Origin: an uncultured bacterium
GTDB lineage: Bacteria; Patescibacteriota; Minisyncoccia; Phycocordibacterales; CAIZLB01
DNA length: 56,484 bases
Reading direction: 5' to 3'
NCBI GenBank assembly: GCA_903821355.1
Contig: CAIJKW010000039.1
Span: 1-56,484, forward strand
The position numbers and the translations under genes are program-made. The stretch's first letter is position 1. The number at the start of each line of letters is the position of its first letter. Below the pieces are notes generated by a model. It was not told the origin of the DNA. It was given only the letters and a program-made list of their open reading frames with translations, and did not search any database. This document shows, in pieces, positions 17,301 through 25,559 of the stretch.

Positions 17301-19696
17301 ACGCTTGGAGAATAACTAGAGGATGGACTAGAACTAATTGAAGCTGAGACAGAACTTGAAGGACTTACACTTGGAGATGCTGAAGGACTCACGCTGGGTG
17401 AGTAGGAAGCACTTGGAGAACTACTTATTGATGGTGAGTTTGAACTGCTAGGAGATTGGCTTGGACTAGAGCTAGGACTTACAGACGGAGAATAACTCGC
17501 AGAAGCTGAACTTGAAGGAGACCGACTAGATGAACTAGACGGACTGACGGAAGGTGAGACACTTGGGCTAACCGAAGGAGAATAAGACGCACTAGCCGAT
17601 GAAGAAGGAGAAACCGATGGAGAACTAGATGGACTCTCGGAAGGACTAACAGATGGTGAGTAACTAGCAGAAGCTGAACTAGAGGGACTCCGTGACACTG
17701 AACTTGAAGCCGAGATAGAAGCACTCGGACTAGATGAGGGAGATTTTGATGAACTAGAACTAGCCGAACTAGACACGCTTGAAGAAGCCGAGATTGAAGC
17801 AGAGGGAGACCTAGAGGCACTACTAGAAGCTGAACTAGAGACAGAACTTGAAGGAGACTTAGAGGGAGAGACCGAGGGACTATAAGAAGCACTTGCAGAT
17901 GAACTCGGTGAACTTGATGGCGATTTAGACGGAGAAACTGAAGGGCTAACCGAATTAGAAGCACTGGGACTCTTTGATGGACTTACCGAAGGTGATGATG
18001 AAGCAAACCCAGTTGTAAATGTTCCATCTGATGTAAATTTTCGTGTTGTATAATCACCGTTTGTATAAACATTGTTTCCACCAGAACAGTATCCAAAATC
18101 AGAGGTTAAATATCTTATAAGAACTAAACCAGAACCACCCGCGGCCCCAGGAATAGTTCCGCCCTGAGATGCACCCCCACCACCTCCACCGCCTGTGTTG
18201 GCAGTTCCAGCTACGGGATTAGAGACATAAACTACTGACCCTGCACCTCCACCACCAGAACCGCCAGGACTTGTTCCTGCGTCTCTCCCTGCTCCCCCAC
18301 CACCGCCTATCCAATGTACTCCAGCAATATCAACGCCAGCTTCTGCGTCCTGTAGCCATGTGTTATAGGTGCTAACCCCCCAACCTCCATTACCATCAAT
18401 AGTGTCTCCATGGTTGCCAACTTCTCCAGCTCCTCCGCCTCCACCACCACAGTTGTTAGTTAAAGTAGTCGCCGCTCCCCTGTATCCTCCATATTGTAAA
18501 TGAGTATAAGACCTGCAAGTAGAGTCCCCCGGAGCATATGGAACTGTAAAAGGAGCACCCCCCCCAGAACCACCAATCCCACCAGATACTGCGGGGTTTT
18601 TCCCTCCTCCGTATCCACCACCTACAATATACATATACCTTCCGTTAAAAGAAGAAGCCTCACCTCCAGTATCTGCCGCTCCTCCATCGCCAACCGTAAT
18701 AGTATAAGCTTGGTCATTAACAGCAACAGCCGATGAATAATAAACAGCCCCAGCTCCACCACCGCCACCATTGTTATTTGATAAAGCCCCCGAACCCCCT
18801 CCTCCGCCACCACAAACCATTAAAAGTTCTATTGATTTTAAGCCGATAGAAAACTCAGACATTCCCGTTGTAAATGTATGTATTGTATTAGTCCCAGAAG
18901 TGGTAATTGTCCCACCCTTGACCAAATATGCACTAAAATCTGCCGTAACATAAGAAATAATAACAACGCCAGAACCGCCCTTACCACCAGAGCCAGCCCC
19001 AGTGTTATCAGAACCACCTCCGCCACCTCCCCCAGTATTTGAGGTACCTGCAACTCCGTTGCCCGTATTTGTTCCAGAAACACCCGCTCCTCCTCCCCCG
19101 TTACCTCCACCTCCAGCAGTACCTACGGTACATCCAGCTCCACCTCCACCAGCAAGATAGTAAGTTCCACTGACATTTTGACCAGTAGTAGAGCCAGTTA
19201 TCGGATTGGCAGTCCCTACCCCCCCTGCTCCAGCTTGAGCTGAGGTAGCATTTGCTCCGACTGCAGCAGAACCTCCTCCACCACCCCCACCATATCCAGA
19301 ACCATTATAAGCGTTTCCTCCATCGTAACCCTGCCTTGGAGAGATATAGTCAGCGTCTCCGCCATAGGTCTGTCCTCCGCCTAAGGGATAGGCACTTCCA
19401 CCGCCAGATCCCCCTACTCCACCAGCACCAGTAGATGGATATGAATCTCCTCCACCGCTTCCAATAGCAGTGATGGAACTTTCCCCAAAAAAAATAGAAG
19501 TACCCCCAGGTGCCCCCCTAGTTCCGTTGGCTGTTGCTCCAGCTCCACCATCTCCAACAATAACTGGATAAATATTTGCTTCTACTGAAACAGAAGAATT
19601 ATAAACATAGCCGCCAGCTCCACCGCCACCACCGACTCTTTGTCCACCGCCACCACCCCCAGCGACTACTACTACTTTTATATTTCCAGCTGCCAT
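14387..19696 (-). CDS. giant virion-associated protein: two Gly-rich domains, about 1130 aa of Ser/Pro/Glu mucin-like repeat, and a small C-terminal globular domain
   Basis: A 1769-aa uninterrupted ORF. Residues about 1-560 contain two Gly-rich modules (VVVVAGGGGGG...GGGGGAGGY...VIVGDGG...GSGVVIISYV, then MVCGGGGGGSG...GSGLVLIRYL). SPSxSPS then grades into SESxSES repeats. The C-terminus is GQFGYNAETNKLEVYDGYDWYSIDSTVI. Confidence 0.8.
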   Translation of the reverse strand: MAAGNIKVVVVAGGGGGGQRVGGGGGAGGYVYNSSVSVEANIYPVIVGDGGAGATANGTRGAPGGTSIFFGESSITAIGSGGGDSYPSTGAGGVGGSGGGSAYPLGGGQTYGGDADYISPRQGYDGGNAYNGSGYGGGGGGGSAAVGANATSAQAGAGGVGTANPITGSTTGQNVSGTYYLAGGGGAGCTVGTAGGGGNGGGGAGVSGTNTGNGVAGTSNTGGGGGGGSDNTGAGSGGKGGSGVVIISYVTADFSAYLVKGGTITTSGTNTIHTFTTGMSEFSIGLKSIELLMVCGGGGGGSGALSNNNGGGGGAGAVYYSSAVAVNDQAYTITVGDGGAADTGGEASSFNGRYMYIVGGGYGGGKNPAVSGGIGGSGGGAPFTVPYAPGDSTCRSYTHLQYGGYRGAATTLTNNCGGGGGGAGEVGNHGDTIDGNGGWGVSTYNTWLQDAEAGVDIAGVHWIGGGGGAGRDAGTSPGGSGGGGAGSVVYVSNPVAGTANTGGGGGGGASQGGTIPGAAGGSGLVLIRYLTSDFGYCSGGNNVYTNGDYTTRKFTSDGTFTTGFASSSPSVSPSKSPSASNSVSPSVSPSKSPSSSPSSSASASYSPSVSPSKSPSSSVSSSASSSASRSPSASISASSSVSSSASSSSSKSPSSSPSASISASSSVSRSPSSSASASYSPSVSPSESPSSSPSVSPSSSASASYSPSVSPSVSPSVSPSSSSSRSPSSSASASYSPSVSPSSSPSQSPSSSNSPSISSSPSASYSPSVSPSASPSVSPSSSVSASISSSPSSSYSPSVSPSASPSVSPSKSPSSSVSSSASSSYSPSFSPSVSPSVSPSVSPSVSPSVSPSKSPSSSVSASISSSPSSSPSSSYSPSFSPSVSPSVSPSKSPSSSVSQSASSSYSPSISPSSSASSSVSRSPSSSVSSSASASYSPSISPSSSPSSSNSKSPSSSPSSSASASISASSSVSSSASSSSSKSPSVSPSSSSSASISESSSVSASPSVSPSKSPSSSASQSASASISESSSASVSPSVSPSISPSISPSISPSASISESSSVSPSESSSASSSASSSASVSPSSSDSQSPSSSYSPSVSPSVSPSVSESSSESESESSSPSSSVSASPSSSESSSESASYSPSISPSLSESSSESASYSPSVSESVSESSSESLSESSSESASYSPSVSESTSESSSESASYSPSVSESVSESVSPSVSESVSESSSESISASVSPSVSPSLSESSSGSSSESASASSSESASESSSASRSESASISESSSESPSESASPSVSASMSESQSSSASISESSSESASYSPSVSESVSESVSESSSASVSPSVSPSISESSSNSLSASVSPSISPSSSPSRSASASYSPSVSPSVSESQSDSASISESASESSSESQSASASISESSSISVSASSSESSSESASESSSESSSASMSSSESPSVSPSVSPSLSESASESSSESSSDSASISESSSASVSPSVSPSSSESSSESSSASASISESSSESASYSESVSPSASPSSSESSSESQSESVSPSISPSLSPSVSESSSESSSPSLSESSSESSSASASISESSSESSSASVSPSVSPSVSPSSSPSVSESSSVSASESSSESSSASVSPSLSPSLSESSSVSASTSSSDSSSASVSPSISPSISPSQSPSVSSSQSPSISPSVSPSSSSSSSASASPSPGSDDYYRLNINMFPCDLVDDFAIQTGPLKMPVWGTAKRPTPPIEGQFGYNAETNKLEVYDGYDWYSIDSTVI
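14605..18003 (-). repeat. coding low-complexity repeat (about 3.4 kb) encoding SPSVSPS / SASYSPSVS / SESSSES units
   Basis: Seen in the translation. Ser codons alternate between TCN and AGY, so the DNA is only degenerately repetitive. Confidence 0.9.
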
Positions 19697-21223
19697 TTAC
19701 TTTAAAATTCCCTCTAAGTTAATATCCGTTATTTTATCTATTGTACTCTCTTGCCAATTAGCACAGGTTGTTTTGTTTCTAAATTTATCTGTGCTCCATC
19801 TATTTTCTGTAAGATTACCAGAATGGCGAATATCAAGGTTGGCAATCGCTGAGTTCCACCTATCACTTCTACCGTCTCGTGTCCCTGGTTCATAGCCACC
19901 CTTATATGTTCCTGCTTCCATTTCCTTGACTATCTTTCTATATTCTTCTATTAAAAGTTCCCTATAAGCACACATCTGAGAAGTAGAGTCGTGGTCAAAC
20001 TTAACCGCAAAGCCATCATCTCTAACTCGCCAATTATTACCGTTATAGTAGAATTTGTCCTTAGAGGGTGGTATGAAGTCAAAATGACTCTTATGGTAAA
20101 TAACGTCGTGCTCACAGAAAAAGACTACTTCTTCAGGCATCGCTTCTAAGCCTGCTAAAATCTGTTTAAACATTGTCAGCTTCCCTCTTTTGAGGTGTAG
20201 GTGAAGATTCCGACCAAAGTCCATCTTCTTTAGAGATACAGAAGTAATTGGTAAACCTGATTCCTTTATATATATACGACACAACTTAGCGATTTTCATA
20301 TTTAATTGATTGTCGGTGTAATATAAAATCCCTTTAGTCGGTGTCCAATCGGGTGGGTTAAACTTCTTTAACAACCAGTCAAAGTCGTGGACTGCCTTAT
20401 CCCAATTATTTCCTTGAAAAAGTTTGCGAGAGTATTCTCTATTCTCTTGGACTTTAGATTCAGGATTCTCGTAAGGAAAGCTGAAATCGCCACCTTGAGT
20501 TCTGAACATATGAGCGTACCAAGTCGTACGATTTATCATCACTTTCCCACCTGAGAGCCAAGTTTTACAAGCCACTTCCACCCCTTGTTGTCCCCAAGAG
20601 TTAAACTCCTCAGAACATAGGTCTAATTCCCAATACTTTTCTCTGGTAACCATAAAGCAACTACCCTGGATAGACATTGATTCGGTTAAATCCCCTGTTT
20701 GTTTCTTTCCCCAATCATTCCAATATTGAAAGTGCATTGTTTTATCAAACCTATAAGCGGTACTTTGAGGGTTTCTTTTGCCAATCCATTTAATGTCTCT
20801 CTCGGTTTCTTCACCACACTCAGTACAAACTCCTGATGGCCCCTGGTATCTTCGGTGTCCATTCTTACAGACCCAATCAAAGGCGTGTAGGTTTCTCATC
20901 ACAGGAACCATCGTAAAGTCGTCTTGCATTAGATTCATCATCTTGACATCAAAGCCTTTACCAAAAGAACAATGAGCATCGCATTTCATCAAGTATTTAG
21001 CCTTAGATAGTCTAGCGAGTTGATTGGTTAAAACTCTCTGCCCGACAGACTCTCCTGTATGCAAAATAGTAACTCTGGGATTGTCTTTAATCGGTATTTC
21101 AGCCCAATCTCCATCTAAGCCGACTAATATCTCAGTATCACCTTCCATATTTTCTAAAATATCTTCTACGGTCTTGGTGACAAAGAGTTCATTTCTCGCT
21201 GGTATAAGAATTGAGAGCATCAT
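19697..21223 (-). CDS. two-domain glycosyltransferase: N-terminal GT-A domain with ppGalNAc-T (GT27)-like motifs, C-terminal domain of unknown function
   Basis: 508 aa. MLSILIPARNE is a GT2-type start. CDAHCSFGKGF carries a DxH motif as in FLDAHCEC. WGQQGVEVACKTWLSGG parallels WGGENLEISFRIWQCGG. WYAHMFRT parallels VGHVFRK. A CxxC Zn-ribbon-like insert (CKNGH..CTECG) is present. The start overlaps the stop of the upstream gene. Confidence 0.6.
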   Translation of the reverse strand: MMLSILIPARNELFVTKTVEDILENMEGDTEILVGLDGDWAEIPIKDNPRVTILHTGESVGQRVLTNQLARLSKAKYLMKCDAHCSFGKGFDVKMMNLMQDDFTMVPVMRNLHAFDWVCKNGHRRYQGPSGVCTECGEETERDIKWIGKRNPQSTAYRFDKTMHFQYWNDWGKKQTGDLTESMSIQGSCFMVTREKYWELDLCSEEFNSWGQQGVEVACKTWLSGGKVMINRTTWYAHMFRTQGGDFSFPYENPESKVQENREYSRKLFQGNNWDKAVHDFDWLLKKFNPPDWTPTKGILYYTDNQLNMKIAKLCRIYIKESGLPITSVSLKKMDFGRNLHLHLKRGKLTMFKQILAGLEAMPEEVVFFCEHDVIYHKSHFDFIPPSKDKFYYNGNNWRVRDDGFAVKFDHDSTSQMCAYRELLIEEYRKIVKEMEAGTYKGGYEPGTRDGRSDRWNSAIANLDIRHSGNLTENRWSTDKFRNKTTCANWQESTIDKITDINLEGILK

Positions 21224-22941
21224 AGTAGCCTCGCCTTTACTGCATTAAGTCTTGCATCAATAATCGGTATGTATTCCTCGGTCATCTCTATACCGATAAA
21301 GTCATAACCTAGTTCTTTAGCAGCGACTAGGGTTGAGCCTGAACCTGCAAAGGGGTCAAGGACTACTCCACCTTCAGGGGTTATCATTTGGATTAGGTAT
21401 TTCATTAGAGCAAGTGGTTTGACAGTGGGATGGTTGTTCTTTACTGGTTTTCGTTTTTCATCGGGCGTGTTCCCCATATTCTTTCTTGACCACTCATCCT
21501 GTGCGTAGTGACCATCGTGTTTATCCTCCATCCCCTCACACCCTCTATCTCGTTCAGACTTTGAGGCTTTAGCTTGATAAATCAGAGAACGATTTAGGTT
21601 TAGACCTGTTTCCGTTTCGCTTATTGGGGTGCTGTTTTTCATGGCATCCCGCACATAACCAAAGAATAAACTCAGGTCTTGAATAGTCGGGGTGGTGTCG
21701 GTGTTTACCCTCAGCTCCGCAAAGGATGCAAGGCATTTTGCCAGGATTTGCTGCTTGTGCTCGCTGATAGAACCCTGACCAAGAATTAACTCCAGGTCGT
21801 GGTCTTGCAAGGTTGCTGCAATGCTTTGAGCAATAATTGTTCCGCATAAGTCGCACAGGTTTCCCGCAGACTTTACATTTTGGACGAGATTTTTGTCTAG
21901 CAAGCCCTCCACATTCAAGGGAGCAGTATGGTCTTTTGTTGCTTGGGTAGTCCCAGAACTCTTTGCCACATTGTTTACATTTGTATTTTTCCATACACTC
22001 ATTGTATCATAACTAGCACTAATAGGCAAGGAACAAAGAGAGCATTCTTGTGGGAAGGATTTGAAGAAACGAGCAGCAGAGCCCTCACTTGATGGAAATG
22101 ACCTTTCTGTACCAGTATCGCCAAGTCCAGAGAAGAGGTCTGTCTTACCCCTTGAGTTTCTATCTCCACCACCACTCTTCGTATTCGGAAACTCCCTTAC
22201 TACTTCATCACTATTATCGTGGAGGAGGTTGGCAGGGAAGCGACCTTGCTGTGATACTGTTTGTTCGCTACCCTCATAACCACCCTCATATACATTTTGA
22301 GCGGCCTTATCTGTTTTCCAACTACCACCAAACGTTCTTGGGTCAGTAGCACCTGTGTATTCCACCCTACTCTCATCTATATTTATTCCACCTGTACCGT
22401 ATTTGAGGACATTACCTGCGACTGTACCCTCTATGGGTTTACGAGCAAGGCAGATAGGTTCGTGGGCTGGTTTGAGGGCAGTACCCCAGCCTTCCCAAGG
22501 AGATGTGCCTTTGGTTTCAGTGGCAGTCATCGTGCCTTTTCTATCCATCAAAGCGTTGTTGCGTATATCGTGTGTTTCGTATTCTCTTACGGTTTCTCTC
22601 TCATTCCCCTGTGTCTTATCCACTGCCTTGCCGATATTCAAAGACTTAGGGAATCCACTTCCATATACCCATTCCACCATATCTCGTATCTCAAATCCTG
22701 CATCCTCTATGGCTACTGCTTGTCGGTGATAAGTACGAGTACCTGAGAAACTTAAAAGGTGTCCACCTGGCTTTAGGACTCTTAGGACTTCACGCCACAT
22801 ATCAGGGTTGTTGGCGATACCTGAGCCATCCCAGGTCTTACCCATAAAGCCGAGTTCATAGGGAGGGTCAGTTACGCAAGAGTCAACCGAGTTGTCTTCT
22901 AACTCTTTTAATTTTTCTAAACAATCACCGTGTATTATCAT
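21220..22941 (-). CDS. DNA N6-adenine/N4-cytosine methyltransferase (beta-class, DPPY) carrying an insertion of about 160 aa
   Basis: 573 aa. Motif IV is VTDPPY at the N-terminus and motif I is DPFAGSGSTLVAAKELG at the C-terminus. Family-typical GRFPANLLHDNSDEVV, SAARFF and YQAKASKSERD..NNHPTVKPLALMKYL are present, but SAARFF and YQAKAS, normally adjacent, are separated by about 161 residues. Confidence 0.8.
   Translation of the reverse strand: MIIHGDCLEKLKELEDNSVDSCVTDPPYELGFMGKTWDGSGIANNPDMWREVLRVLKPGGHLLSFSGTRTYHRQAVAIEDAGFEIRDMVEWVYGSGFPKSLNIGKAVDKTQGNERETVREYETHDIRNNALMDRKGTMTATETKGTSPWEGWGTALKPAHEPICLARKPIEGTVAGNVLKYGTGGINIDESRVEYTGATDPRTFGGSWKTDKAAQNVYEGGYEGSEQTVSQQGRFPANLLHDNSDEVVREFPNTKSGGGDRNSRGKTDLFSGLGDTGTERSFPSSEGSAARFFKSFPQECSLCSLPISASYDTMSVWKNTNVNNVAKSSGTTQATKDHTAPLNVEGLLDKNLVQNVKSAGNLCDLCGTIIAQSIAATLQDHDLELILGQGSISEHKQQILAKCLASFAELRVNTDTTPTIQDLSLFFGYVRDAMKNSTPISETETGLNLNRSLIYQAKASKSERDRGCEGMEDKHDGHYAQDEWSRKNMGNTPDEKRKPVKNNHPTVKPLALMKYLIQMITPEGGVVLDPFAGSGSTLVAAKELGYDFIGIEMTEEYIPIIDARLNAVKARLL
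21569..21994 (-). CDS. HNH homing endonuclease, overprinted in another frame inside the methyltransferase insertion
   Basis: 141 aa. Two CxxCGK...YCSxxC zinc modules, then HRHHPDYSRPEFILWLCAGCHEKQH (HNH motif). Lies entirely within the 573-aa ORF in a different frame. Confidence 0.75.
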   Translation of the reverse strand: MEKYKCKQCGKEFWDYPSNKRPYCSLECGGLARQKSRPKCKVCGKPVRLMRNNYCSKHCSNLARPRPGVNSWSGFYQRAQAANPGKMPCILCGAEGKHRHHPDYSRPEFILWLCAGCHEKQHPNKRNGNRSKPKSFSDLSS

Positions 22942-23597
22942 TTCTTGTGACTCCGATACTCCCAGTAAGGGTAATCTTTAATCTTCTTGTCCATAACTTT
23001 GACTTCAATATCTTCTCTATCTAAGACCATACTCATCGTTAATTGGTCATCTAAATGATACCTTGAATCGTAATACCACCATTCTTTGAGGGCTTGGCAA
23101 ACACCCCCACTCAACCTGTAAGCAAAAATGGCTGCGTGGTAAGCAGGAAGTTTGCCTTTGTCGCTCCCATAAATTTCGTCTATCTCGCAGTAAAGTTCTT
23201 CTAATAGTTCTCCTTCATATCGTTGTTGAAGGTACTTACTTTTAGGAAGGTTATCTCTTAGGAAATCAAATTCCTGCATTACCGTATCGTGAAAAGGGTG
23301 AGGAAAAACAAGAATGTCCATATCATCATCTTCTGTCAATTCTTTAATCAGAAACTCAACTGCTCCCTCTTTTAAGATGTAGTTAGCATCTACCCAGACA
23401 TAAAAATCATACCCAGGGATTAAGTCCCAACCAAAACATTTAGGTATTTTACTCTGAGCGTGAGGAGTGAGAGCTTTTCGTAAAGGAAAGTTCTTTTCGT
23501 TATATCTCATTATATCGGCTGGCTGGTCTACCCATTCGTTGGGTTCGTCAAAACCATTAAAGGAAGCCGAAGTGATTAAAGTTTTGTGTAAAACCAT
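22938..23597 (-). CDS. putative glycosyltransferase (DUF616 / TOD1-MUCI70-like)
   Basis: 219 aa. The pattern QSKIPKCFGWDLIPGYDFYVWVDANYIL ... VFPHPFHDTVMQE ... WWYYDSRYHLDDQLTMSMVL follows the Y.iWiDg.i / H..R / WW....s.RDQLS layout I associate with DUF616. Confidence 0.5.
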   Translation of the reverse strand: MVLHKTLITSASFNGFDEPNEWVDQPADIMRYNEKNFPLRKALTPHAQSKIPKCFGWDLIPGYDFYVWVDANYILKEGAVEFLIKELTEDDDMDILVFPHPFHDTVMQEFDFLRDNLPKSKYLQQRYEGELLEELYCEIDEIYGSDKGKLPAYHAAIFAYRLSGGVCQALKEWWYYDSRYHLDDQLTMSMVLDREDIEVKVMDKKIKDYPYWEYRSHKK

Positions 23598-24106
23598 GAA
23601 GGAAAGTCCCTTTCATTAGTTACATTTATCTTGAGACCATAGGCGTGACCCCAACCGTCAATCGCAGTTTTTACCTGACACTCAACACTACTTCTATGAC
23701 TGTTATAGTCATGTCCTGCCACTATCCCTCCTTTGTGAACCTTTTTAGACCATGTGTCAACGTCGTCAATTATGTATCTAAAGCTATGGTTCGCATCCAG
23801 ATAAACAAAATCCAAAGACTCATCTTTAAACTGCTTTACTGCGTCCATTGACCAACCTTTAATGATCGTACAAGTATAAGGTTTTAGAAGTTTTTTAGTT
23901 TCTTCATAGTATCTGTCTAATTTGTCTTGTCTAGTGTGGTCACGATAGCCCTTGTAAACCGTCCAGGCATCTATACAGGAGAGTTTTAGCTTAGGATTGG
24001 CATCTAGTAGGGTTTTAGCAAAGTAACCCCTCTCCGTGCCTATCTCAGCCCCTTTGTTAAATTTCAATTCTGCGAAATGTTTTGCTAGTTCTTCTCTGTT
24101 TTCCAT
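23576..24106 (-). CDS. class I SAM-dependent methyltransferase (Methyltransf_24/TylF-like, probably sugar O-methylation)
   Basis: 176 aa. GAEIGTERGYFAKTLL (motif I-like) and LDFVYLDANHSF are present. Embedded among the glycosyltransferases. Confidence 0.6.
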   Translation of the reverse strand: MENREELAKHFAELKFNKGAEIGTERGYFAKTLLDANPKLKLSCIDAWTVYKGYRDHTRQDKLDRYYEETKKLLKPYTCTIIKGWSMDAVKQFKDESLDFVYLDANHSFRYIIDDVDTWSKKVHKGGIVAGHDYNSHRSSVECQVKTAIDGWGHAYGLKINVTNERDFPSWFYTKL

Positions 24107-24684
24107 ATCAACTCCTTCCTAATATTTAGTCCCCAAGAATCTGTTTTTCTATGACAGCCAACACACAAAGTTGTTCCATTATCTACTTCAAACCAAAGTT
24201 CTTCATGTTCACAAAATGGTTTTATGTGGTGTGGTTGTAATGTTACTTTTTTTCCATTTCCACCCCTTATTCCACACTCTTGGCAGGTATAATTATCTCT
24301 TTCAAAAACTGACTCTCTCCATTCTCTATATTCAGAAGATTTTCTGATTGCTTTATTTCTAGGAGTAACGCCACCCTTCCAATTATAGTTATTGCTGCCA
24401 GTATTTCTTTCAATTAACATTTTTTTGACATGGTCTGGCATCTTATGTCCCATCAGTGCTTCACTTAATTTCTTCTTGGTTTCTTCTTTTATCCTATACC
24501 CCAAGTGAGCTTGTCTTATATTCTCCTTGCCCTGTTCAGACATCGGTTTGTATTTTTTGCCAAGATGGGATAATCTAATTTTATTTTTAGTTTCTTCAGA
24601 AAGTTTTTTACCAGTATTCGCAATACTAAGTTTTAGTTTAGTTTCTTCAGACGTTGGTTTACGTTTAAATATTCCTGTTGGCAT
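24085..24684 (-). mobile_element. free-standing HNH homing endonuclease with NUMOD3 repeats
   Basis: 199 aa. Repeated SEETKxKLS..xxGKK units (NUMOD3-like), then NYNWKGG, then YTCQECG...HHIKPF...NGTTLCVGCHRK (HNH). Wedged between the methyltransferase and glycosyltransferase genes. Confidence 0.8.
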
Positions 24685-24686
24685 CT

Positions 24687-25559
24687 TTACTTATCCTTTC
24701 CGTATCTAATTTGTTCTTTCCAGTCATCTGGCCAATTAGGAACAGGCCAAAATTTCTCAACCAACCAATCAAAATTATGCACCCTATTTTTTAATGGTCT
24801 ATCGTTTATCCAAAAGTCATAAGAATATTTATAACTTTCTTCCGCTTCGCCCTTGTTAAAATGATACATTCGACCGTATGTGCGACCCTTATGCAAGTGA
24901 GCATAACTTGTCGCTTTATTTGTTACCACTCGACCCCCCGTTAACCATGTTGTAAATGAGACCTCCTCACCTTCCTGGCCCCACCCTTTATACCCATCTA
25001 TTTGCATAAAACCGCATCTGTTGTACCAATCCTTGGTCATAAACCAACAACTACCCTGAATAGTCATGGTATCATCTATCATTACATCAACCCTCTCAAG
25101 TGTTCTTGAGTCCCATTTATACCCGTGAAACCCATCTCTTTGCTTAACTGGTTTCCACATCAGATATTCATAATCTATCGGTGGTCTACCTTCCTGGTCT
25201 TGAATTTCCCATCTCTCAGCGTCTAGCCTGTGTCTACGAGGTATCTGAACCCAATTAGACTGATGATCTTTAGCCAGTTGCTCATCAAAACCTTTAGCGA
25301 CTAAGCAGTGAGCGTCTAAACTCATTACATAATCTCCTCTAGACTGTCTAACCATCTCATTAACTCCGTGGCGTTTTTTCATCTCTGGCGTAGATGGTAA
25401 ACGGATATATTTAACCCGTGAATCTTCTATCAGTTCGTCTGGTTCATAACCATCTAAGACTGGGAAGACCTCAATCTCCCCTGTGGCGTTTTCCAAAACA
25501 TCTTTAATGGTTTGGTTTAGAAATTTTTCTCCTTTGCTCGGGATGCAGATACTTAACAT
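24687..25559 (-). CDS. glycosyltransferase, GT-A fold with ppGalNAc-T (GT27)-like motifs; paralogue of the N-domain of 19697..21223
   Basis: 290 aa. Motifs MLSICIPSKGE, SLDAHCLVAKGF (DxH), WGQEGEEVSFTTWLTGG (Gal/GalNAc-T-like) and SYAHLHKG. It ends FDWLVEKFWPVPNWPDDW, matching FDWLLKKFNPPDW in the paralogue. Confidence 0.6.
   Translation of the reverse strand: MLSICIPSKGEKFLNQTIKDVLENATGEIEVFPVLDGYEPDELIEDSRVKYIRLPSTPEMKKRHGVNEMVRQSRGDYVMSLDAHCLVAKGFDEQLAKDHQSNWVQIPRRHRLDAERWEIQDQEGRPPIDYEYLMWKPVKQRDGFHGYKWDSRTLERVDVMIDDTMTIQGSCWFMTKDWYNRCGFMQIDGYKGWGQEGEEVSFTTWLTGGRVVTNKATSYAHLHKGRTYGRMYHFNKGEAEESYKYSYDFWINDRPLKNRVHNFDWLVEKFWPVPNWPDDWKEQIRYGKDK

Noticed and set aside
14809-17964. Several 61-161-aa same-strand alternative-frame ORFs (14809, 16033, 16255, 16573, 17479) inside the giant gene
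   Set aside because: Artefacts of the repeat composition. They are fragmentary, whereas the Ser/Pro/Glu frame is open for 1769 codons.
14605-18003. The periodic repeat region could be mistaken for a CRISPR array or satellite
   Set aside because: There is no alternation of identical repeats with unique spacers. The periodicity is codon-level, and the region lies inside a single long ORF.
18500-19434. Plus- and minus-strand ORFs (18500, 18622, 18771, 18838, 19252) overlapping the Gly-rich coding region
   Set aside because: They are antisense or alternative frames of poly-Gly (GGN/NCC) runs, with no start context.
21580-22062. Group I intron or intein as the explanation for the methyltransferase insertion
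   Set aside because: After subtracting the 426-nt HNH ORF, only about 60 nt remain, too little for a ribozyme core. The insertion borders lack the Cys/Ser...HN+Cys/Ser/Thr intein termini. It is kept as a finding under a dual-coding interpretation instead.
22061-22746. Four plus-strand ORFs antisense to the DNA methyltransferase
   Set aside because: They are antisense to a gene with clear motifs, have no RBS, and overlap one another.
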